DNA of 56,666 nucleotides from Perkinsus olseni (Eukaryota): NCBI GenBank assembly GCA_013115125.1, contig JABANN010000179.1, positions 1 to 56,666 of the forward strand, read 5' to 3'. Shown piece by piece: positions 49,625 to 56,666 of this stretch (position 1 is its first letter; each line of letters starts with the position of its first letter). The notes under the pieces were generated by a model. It saw only the letters and a program-made list of their open reading frames with translations, ran no database searches and was not told where the DNA came from. The position numbers and the translations under genes were made by a program.

Positions 49625-52600
49625 TATCAACAAAGGGGCAGCGGCTGGCGTCCCGCTCGAAGTATCTAAGGTTGAAGCATGACCTACACCGAATCTTTCA
49701 AGATACGTGAAAAGAGATTTTCACTTCACCACACCCACCTTCTCAGTGCTCACGACTCGTCAAGTTAGGACATCTGAGAAAAATACCCTGACCGAGGATC
49801 GAACCCGGAACCTTTCGGATGGGAGTGCTGCCTCTTACATATCTTCCGTCAGCTTGAAGGTAGGCCATCCGTAGCTGTGCAGTTTCCAGTTCATTCTGGG
49901 AGTATCCTGGAGATCCATAGTAGGGCGTGTAGACCATTGCCGAGTGGTTGTATCCTGACAAGGCGTCACTCGCCACGAAATTCCCCTAAACGTCGCAGGC
50001 GGGCTATTTAGTCAGCAGCGGCTTCCAATAACAAATCATCAGCAATTCATTGGGTCTCGATTAATGAGTTAACACCAATTAGTATCTTAAGGTTACTCGT
50101 GCACGACTCACTCAGGTCGAGCTCGTCCAAAGATACTTCAATTTATCAGCGCAACCTTCGAAATTCCACCGACCCTTCGCCGTTTACCCCCGGCATAAGG
50201 TGACCCCGGTGGAGTCCCTGAGGGCGAGTTCGGTGATCTCTCCGAGAGCTTCTCTTGCGGCTGCGTCCTCAACGGCATGTCTACTGTATCCCCGCGAATC
50301 CCATTAAGGGTGGCAAGAATCGTAGCGTTCGCGTCTGGCTCTGCCGGTGAGTTGGGAACTCGAGCGTGTTGGTACAGTTCTTCCGAACGTATCCCGTGCA
50401 AGTCCGCTAGGTCTTGGCGCTCGTAGCTCCTCATCTGGAGCTGTTTCTCGTCGACTATGCAATCGGAGGGGACAGCGACACAAGGCAGGAGAGAATGGTT
50501 AAAAATAACACTAGCCGTCACAGCGTCACCGCATTCCTGAGGCTTCTTCTCGTCACTCCCAAGGTGTGAGCCGCCCTGAGCAGCGACACTCGGATAGAAC
50601 AAGAACGACCCTCGGCGGCCCTACCATGGCTGCCTCCTTTTTCCTCTGTTCCATGAACTTCGACGTGTGTCCATGCTCAACATAACAAACATGCTTCCCT
50701 CGGGCGTTCGCGATAGCCCTGAAAAAATTCGATTGGGGACAGCGGAGGGATGGTCTTTCTACGCAACAGTTTCCCAAAGGGGTTCATTTTTCTCGAAGAG
50801 GACCATAGAGACGAGCTCGCTGTCCTCCTTCCAGCGTATCTTAGGTGTACTCTCGACCGATGCGGAGAGGTCCAAGGTGGCCTCAGGCTTCTCCTCTCCT
50901 TCGTCTTCAAAGTCCTCAGACCCCGGAAGAGCCATAAGTCTAAAAACGCCTCTCCCGGGGATCGAACGCGGACCTTCAGATGGGCGACAGGACGCTCTAC
51001 CACTCGAACAAACTTACGACAGAACGCCCTGGTCTCTTGGCTTCGGCGTCGACTGTCCACCCTCTCCCCCACCCGCCTCCTCTCCCATCAAGTCCATCAG
51101 ACAGTCCAAGTCAGCATCATCTCCTCCTAAAACGCAATCCCAAATCATCAAAACCATGGCCTCGAGGACTTCACCCTTCGGAGGGTCGTCGCGGACGGGC
51201 TCTGCCATCTGCTTCGGCGACTGGGCATCAGCCAACCTCAGCCCTTCAGATGACTCTGCCGACGGAGGACTGAGCGGAGCGAAGCGTGGCACGAATGCTT
51301 CTTTTTTCCTAGCCTTACTCTGGTGAAACTCTTCGCGGCGAAGGCCTGAAGAGCGACACAGAACCGTCGCGCGCCACGAAATTAAACCAGACTCACGTTT
51401 GGGCGTTAGTCCCAGACGGTACCCCCTGTCCACTGCCTGCCAAGGCCGCCTTTCTCGACTCAGTGACGATTGCCTTCCACTTGTCAAGTAGCGCCCGCCC
51501 AGCCGATGCCACGCTTTCCGAGGCTATTGTGAATCGCTTCACTACAACCGTTACGACCTGTACACAAGCATTCAGTTTCGTCAACAAAATATGAAAAATA
51601 TTCTGAAAAATGGGGCCCGTTCCACACTGAGCCAGTGGAATTGCAGAGAACTCTCTCCACTCGGAAATCGATCAAAATGGCGCAGCGAGAGTGCCTCAAT
51701 CGATCGAAATTGACAGAGCCGGTCATCAACTCACTCGGCCAATGCCCGTGCTCCTGAGAGTGTCTTCGGTGATCTCCAGCTGGTCCAACGAGGACAGGCA
51801 TGCTTCGACTAAGGGCAAGTCGGGGTCCCTCTCACCAGCAAGCTCTCGAAGCCAGTCTCGTAGAAGCTCGATACCCTTCCGGTTGACGAAGCTGAGCATG
51901 CTTGCGTGATCCGAAGGTCCCTGGTTCGATCCCCCCACCTCGCAACAACCTCTGCCTTTGCTGCCTCCGCGGGGTCGTTAAAAAGCGAGAGAAGTGCTCT
52001 TCGCTTCACCGAAGGACTCTTCTCTCTCACCAAGGCCTTCATAAATTTACGATTCACCTAATACCGCACCCCAAGCATCTCACTTGAAAAATTAGGAAGA
52101 AAGATGTCGCGCGCCACAAAATTATTTCGCGAAAAGGGCCAGAAAAAACTAATTTTCCACGGAAAGACACCGGCCAAACCCAGCTACGCAAAGCATGTTT
52201 TCAGCCTCCTTCCGAACTAGGCCATCAATGAATCTTTCAAATCCGTATCCTACGCCGATGCATGACTTTCATCCAAAAAACGCGGAACCAATTCTCCCCT
52301 CCTAGCGAGAAGATATTTTATTTTCCGTTTAGCCGGCCTCCGCGGTGCCCAGGAACTCCACGCCTTTGCGCTGCGCCATTCGTCAAACAACACCCTTTGA
52401 TACCATACCCGACGCAGGCAAGTGAATTTGAGAAATACTATGGTCGACCTAAGATACTACTAATCATCAACCGGCATCAATGAGCCATAAAAGATTTCCT
52501 TCAATACGACCAACCCGCTTCCTACCATCTCCTTGCTAGTAACCCTTCCCCTCAATAGCTTCGTCCTCTCCTTCGACTTCTCCACTTTCACAGCCACCTT

Positions 52601-53230
52601 CGCCGATCCACGTTTGCCCTCGGACCGCCGCGTCTCCTGTCGTCGCCAAAACCCCATCACGCATTCTTCGTCAAGGCCCTCAGTGCACAACAATCGATCA
52701 ACCGTTTCACGACTGGGCGAAGTGCCGCCCTCCTTCTCCCATGCCTCCGTCAGCTTCCTGGCCGCCTCGGCAGGGATCACCGAATCCCCTGACATGTGCT
52801 CATCATCGCAAAGACGATCCAGCAGGATTTCTCCATGGTTTTGCGAATTTCTCTTTCCTGCCGGTGCTTCGCTCCGCTCGCGTTTTTTAATCCCACTGCT
52901 GCGAACTGATCCATCACTCTCCGGCGTGCCCGGAGAGCTCGAACCCGCACTGGGAAGATTCCTTCGTGGCCGTTTCAACCTACTACCCGCCGAACCAGAC
53001 GTTGGTCGTCTTTTGCGACGACACGCCTTGTTAAAAAGATTCTCTTCGAAAGAAGCGTCCCCAACCCCCCGGCTAACGCTGGTCTCCGGTCGGGTGGTGA
53101 GGGGGTCCCGGCCCGTAGCTGCCTCCATCAGGTGGCGTATCTTTCTAGATTCTTCCTGCTGCGCAGCCACTGCACTCGGCAGTTCGTTTCCAATCAAACC
53201 CGACCATGTAGCGCTAGCGTCGTCACTCAT
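49625..53230 (-). CDS. PNUTS (PPP1R10)/LUMINIDEPENDENS-like protein: homeodomain-like segment, TFIIS N-terminal domain, PP1-docking motif; multi-exon
   Basis: TFIIS-N: FVNRKGIELLRDWL..LSSLDQLEITEDTLRSTGIGR-VV..ASAGRALLDKWK; RVxF-like PKIRWKEDSELVSMVLFE; downstream RSYERQDL..ELY...VPNSPAEPD as recalled for the PNUTS family; 3' end approximate. Confidence 0.72.
50940..51017 (-). pseudogene. Degenerate tRNA-like sequence coextensive with a 78-nt spliceosomal intron
   Basis: gtaagttt-GTTC-gagtggta-GAGC-g-tcctg-tcgccca-tctga-aggt-ccgcg-TTCGATC-cccgg-gagaggcg-ttttt-ag; D-arm, spacing and T-loop are retained, while the anticodon and acceptor stems are broken. Confidence 0.6.
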
Positions 53231-53809
53231 GGTCAGAATAAAAACAAGCAAAAACCTACAGCGGAGCGAAGCTACTCGGCACATTCCGGAAATTTCCCTT
53301 CTAATCTGAACTACAGAATCAACGCAACAGATCTTGAGATCCAATCCTTCGCTCCCTTCGAGATAAGATACGAAAGCTTTCACAAGAATCTCCCTTCATC
53401 CAAGGCAACGACGGAGGGATTTTATTCGACCACACAAAACGCCCCCCTCCCCCTAGCATTTATGCCACTCAGTCTTAACGGAAACTCAACGCTCGAAAGT
53501 GAGCTGGAAGAATCACGAAATCTTGGAGGTTTTAAATCTTTTGGCGACCGGCGATGATAACTTGCTCACAAAGAATGCCAAAGTCCTGAATTGAGCGGAA
53601 GTTCATTCACCGTCGGGCATCACTCACGATACCAAATTTTTCGTAATTTTCATTGCGATGGCCAAAATAAGAAAGCCAACCAAGGGGTCACAAAGAATTT
53701 CACTCATCAAAAATTTCCTACTACTCGCTTCGGAAAAATCTCTGCAATCCAACAACAGGGCAAAAATTTCCAAGGACTGCGCGAGAAGAAAAGATACGCC
53801 CTTGGGTGC

Positions 53810-56300
53810 ACTCACCGGAAAGATTTTGATATGCGGATGGCTCCAAGTTGGCGTGCCCGCCAATAGGGTTAATGCCACTCCAGTCGACCCTAGCAGATGC
53901 CAGATGAACTGAAGATACGCAGAAGAACTGTCACGCGCCACAAAATTCAAGGCAGTACCCTCAAGATGGAATCAAAATGCAGAAGTGCAATATTTCCCCG
54001 CGAGCTTACAGTACTAGGCCTTCGTGACGATGTGGCAGAGCTCGCATGGCGGAGCCGTCAACTCTAGATAGTGAAATATTCACTTCACGCGAGAGTCCCC
54101 GGTTCGAATCCCAGGCTCGGCATTTTCTGTCAAAATTCTATTTTTACAGTCAACTACAGAGAGAAGTGTTGCCGAACAGTTTTGCGAATTTTATGCTAAG
54201 CCAATCCGTTTGGGGTCAAAAACGCCTTGGCTGAAGAGAAATATTCGTACGCATGGACGGTCGGAATGGTGCGACTTTCACATCCGCTGTCTCGCCACCT
54301 GCAACGATTGACGGAGGGAAAGGGTTGCGGTGGTTAACTAATAAAGCCGTACTAAACGTCGAGAGCGACAGCATCAGCAGGCAGCCGACGGCAAGGCGAA
54401 ACGAAAGTCGTGGAGGGAAAAATTGCCTTCGACAACTTGCTCGCTTGAACAAGCATGGATAATTCAGTTTGGTATTAGTGACATACTGAGACTCTCAGTC
54501 TCAGAGCGATCTTTCTCATCATAGTTTTGATGATAGTTTTGTGGGAGAGCGATAAGTCCGGCTTCCTCTGGGCAATCTCCGATCGAGATTAAATCATCGT
54601 TTTCGCATTCAGGCCACAAAAGTGAAACGATCTCCTTCGAAATGACAAGTAGCTCACACAGGCCCCCGCGAGCGGGGAGAAAATTTGCAATATTTTCGGT
54701 ATTAGTAATGACTCGCTGACAGCCGGTTCCTCGGGCACGATGTAAAAACTGATTGTAATCAAAGGAACAATATTCAAAAATCAGAAAACCACTAAACGTA
54801 AAAACTTAGGTAAGATTTCTGCAAAAAAAATACAGTTTTCCACGTAAAATTCTTAGTCTTCCTCAAAAAAGATCGGAAAATTCCGGAACTTCAACCTAAA
54901 TTTGACCTTTTTCTGAAAAATAATATTTTCCGAGCAACATCAACATCCGACTTCACCGTACTCACACCCTGCCCTGCGGTCGCCCTCCCCTCACTACATG
55001 TCTCGTAACCCATTGACGCTTAGTCGTACTGGCCCTCGAAAAATGCAGAAGTGCAAAGACGGGAACCATCAGCAGGCACATCGTCATCACCTAAACGCGG
55101 ATGAAGGTGGATGTGCAATTTTACAATTTTTGTATCAGATTTGATGCCAAGCGTTGCCTCTCCATTCCGTACAGACGAGAATCGACATTGGCGAAATCTT
55201 ATTCGTACTTTACTCGTATTTTGCCACGAAAATGGCATCTAACTGAATACCATCTTTTCCAATATTCATGGAAGTCTCCAGCGGTGTTCGTGCGGTTGAC
55301 ATTGTCGCACGTTCTTCACTGCCGCTCGCGATGCAAAAACACTGCATGACTCAAACGTAATTTTTGAATCAGAATTTGTAAAACTCCGGGAGAGAAGTCA
55401 CTCGACTGGCCGCCATAGAGAGTTGTGATCTCTGAAATAAGTCAACCATTCTCAGAAAACCCGGCCTCTGGCAAAGACGATGAATCGATTCCGAAATTGA
55501 GAATCGACTTGAACGTGTTAGACAGTATCCCAGACAAGATGGGATAGTTTCGAATCAGTCCAAATTAATTTATGCATTTCTCAACTGCTCTCATGCGATC
55601 TACCATCTCGGAAATTCCGAACAGCTGCGGAATCTTCATCGTGTTTATTCAGCCAACTCCTTCTCAGTCCACTTACCGAGTAGCCCAGTCCGACGATACA
55701 GTCGTACCAGGTGACAGCGACGAAGACAACGCACATGTAGCGATCTATCCGCTGGGCTGGGTGGGTATCATCTTCTATGAACACATAGTCAGCAGCGAAA
55801 CTGAATCAAGCATATTCCGTATCATCCCAGCTTCAACCTAAGATACGCTCTCACCTTGCAAGGGACTCTGTGAGACACACGAGCGCTCCGAAGAAGCAGT
55901 GTTGTAAGATGAACGCCGGGCCCGTAATAATCGCCAGTAGGAAACAAGAAACGACGACCGTCGACCGATGCCAAATTTGCGATTTCCGATGCGAATTTTT
56001 GAGATTTTTTACCGGCCTTGGGAGAGACATATTCGAAATGATGTTGTAGAAAGTGGCGGAGGTCCTTCCCTGCAGTGTCGACTAGTTGCAAGGGTCGGGG
56101 ACTGCGGGAGGGGCGCTGGGGTGAATCTTGACGACACATGAAGATGGACAAAAGACAAACTGGAATGGAATGAATTGCGGAATTTATGGTATGCAATTAG
56201 CGATGATTCTATCGTAAAATGATTACGAATTGTAGAAGAGCTGCCATTACAACATCGAAAAAATGACAAGTGTCGTGGGTAGGTCGATTAGGAGATGACG
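53810..56300 (-). CDS. Multi-pass membrane protein, CREST-superfamily-like (ceramidase/PAQR-type HxxWH); multi-exon, ends uncertain
   Basis: Hydrophobic exons FAADYVF..HPAQRIDRYMCVVFVAVTW, MCLLMVPVFALLHFSRAS..WVTRH spliced to FIWHLLGSTGVALTLL (H-FIWH). Confidence 0.5.
54011..54126 (+). mobile_element. Short tRNA-related (SINE-like) repeat; second related copy at 38067-38140
   Basis: Shared GTACTAGGCCTTCGTRACGA (19/20 identical), then GCRGAGCTCG, a GGTTCGAA T-arm hairpin and a T-run in both copies. Confidence 0.55.
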
Positions 56301-56476
56301 ATGATGATCTTCACCGTCAGCAGTACGGTGCCGCGGGTTGTGTTATAATATAGCAACGCGCGTGTACATAGCTGTTTTGCGATAACAGGCACAAAACGGC
56401 AAGGAAGAAGAACCGCAAACGGCAACTTTAAAACTCACTATCGGCAATGCGCTGGCCGATGAGAGCAACTTGCAAT

Positions 56477-56538
56477 AAAGACAGCAACATCAGCCAAAGA
56501 CAGCAACATCAGCCAAAGACGGCAACATCAGCCAAAGA
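56477..56538 (+). repeat. 19-bp tandem repeat, 3.3 copies
   Basis: AAAGACRGCAACATCAGCC x3 + AAAGA. Confidence 0.93.
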
Positions 56539-56666
56539 AAGAAATTTCGGCAAGACCCGAGAGCATGGCTGTCTTGCTGTCTTGCATTTCTTCTATTCAT
56601 TACGTGTCACTTGTCCCGAAGGGAGGGGATCAGGGATCCATATGACGATATAGTTAAGCTAGTCGA

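Noticed and set aside
32879-52950. B-box-like strings at ~32880, ~36362, ~44715, ~46468 and ~52938
   Set aside because: They fall in coding exons (e.g. GFDRP of MePCE) and lack full T-stem and variable-loop context, so they were not counted.
338-54126. Calling the T-arm segments intact tRNA genes
   Set aside because: None shows a complete cloverleaf with paired acceptor and anticodon stems. Most lack the 5' half.
56477-56538. 19-bp repeats as a CRISPR array
   Set aside because: They are head-to-tail with no spacers, in a eukaryotic context with no cas genes.

Overview
Gene-dense, intron-rich eukaryotic DNA with many short GT-AG introns. The gene content and style suggest a perkinsid alveolate (Perkinsus-like; inference). 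By hand-splicing exons I can support these genes: CCDC39 (partial), a single-domain voltage-gated cation channel with EF-hands, an intronless Lon protease, a METTL5-like N6-adenine methyltransferase, a secreted DxE-motif protein beside a chitin synthase, a Mei2-like RRM protein, a TRIM-NHL protein, an alpha/beta hydrolase, a Bin3/MePCE methyltransferase, a PNUTS/LUMINIDEPENDENS-like protein, a CREST-like membrane protein and several hypotheticals. A 256-bp hAT-type MITE with an 8-bp target-site duplication sits in a channel intron. The most unusual signal is in the introns. About 15 non-identical tRNA 3'-half (T-arm/B-box) fragments occur, almost all inside introns and in both orientations. 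One ends in a correctly positioned CCA, one 78-nt intron keeps tRNA D-arm/T-arm spacing, and one 38-nt intron is almost entirely tRNA fragment. Three other short motifs are also strongly over-represented: AATTTYGTGGCGCGYG (10 copies), GCGGAGCGAAGC (6 perfect copies) and AAGATAC (>35 copies). Gene boundaries were spliced by eye and are approximate where stated.
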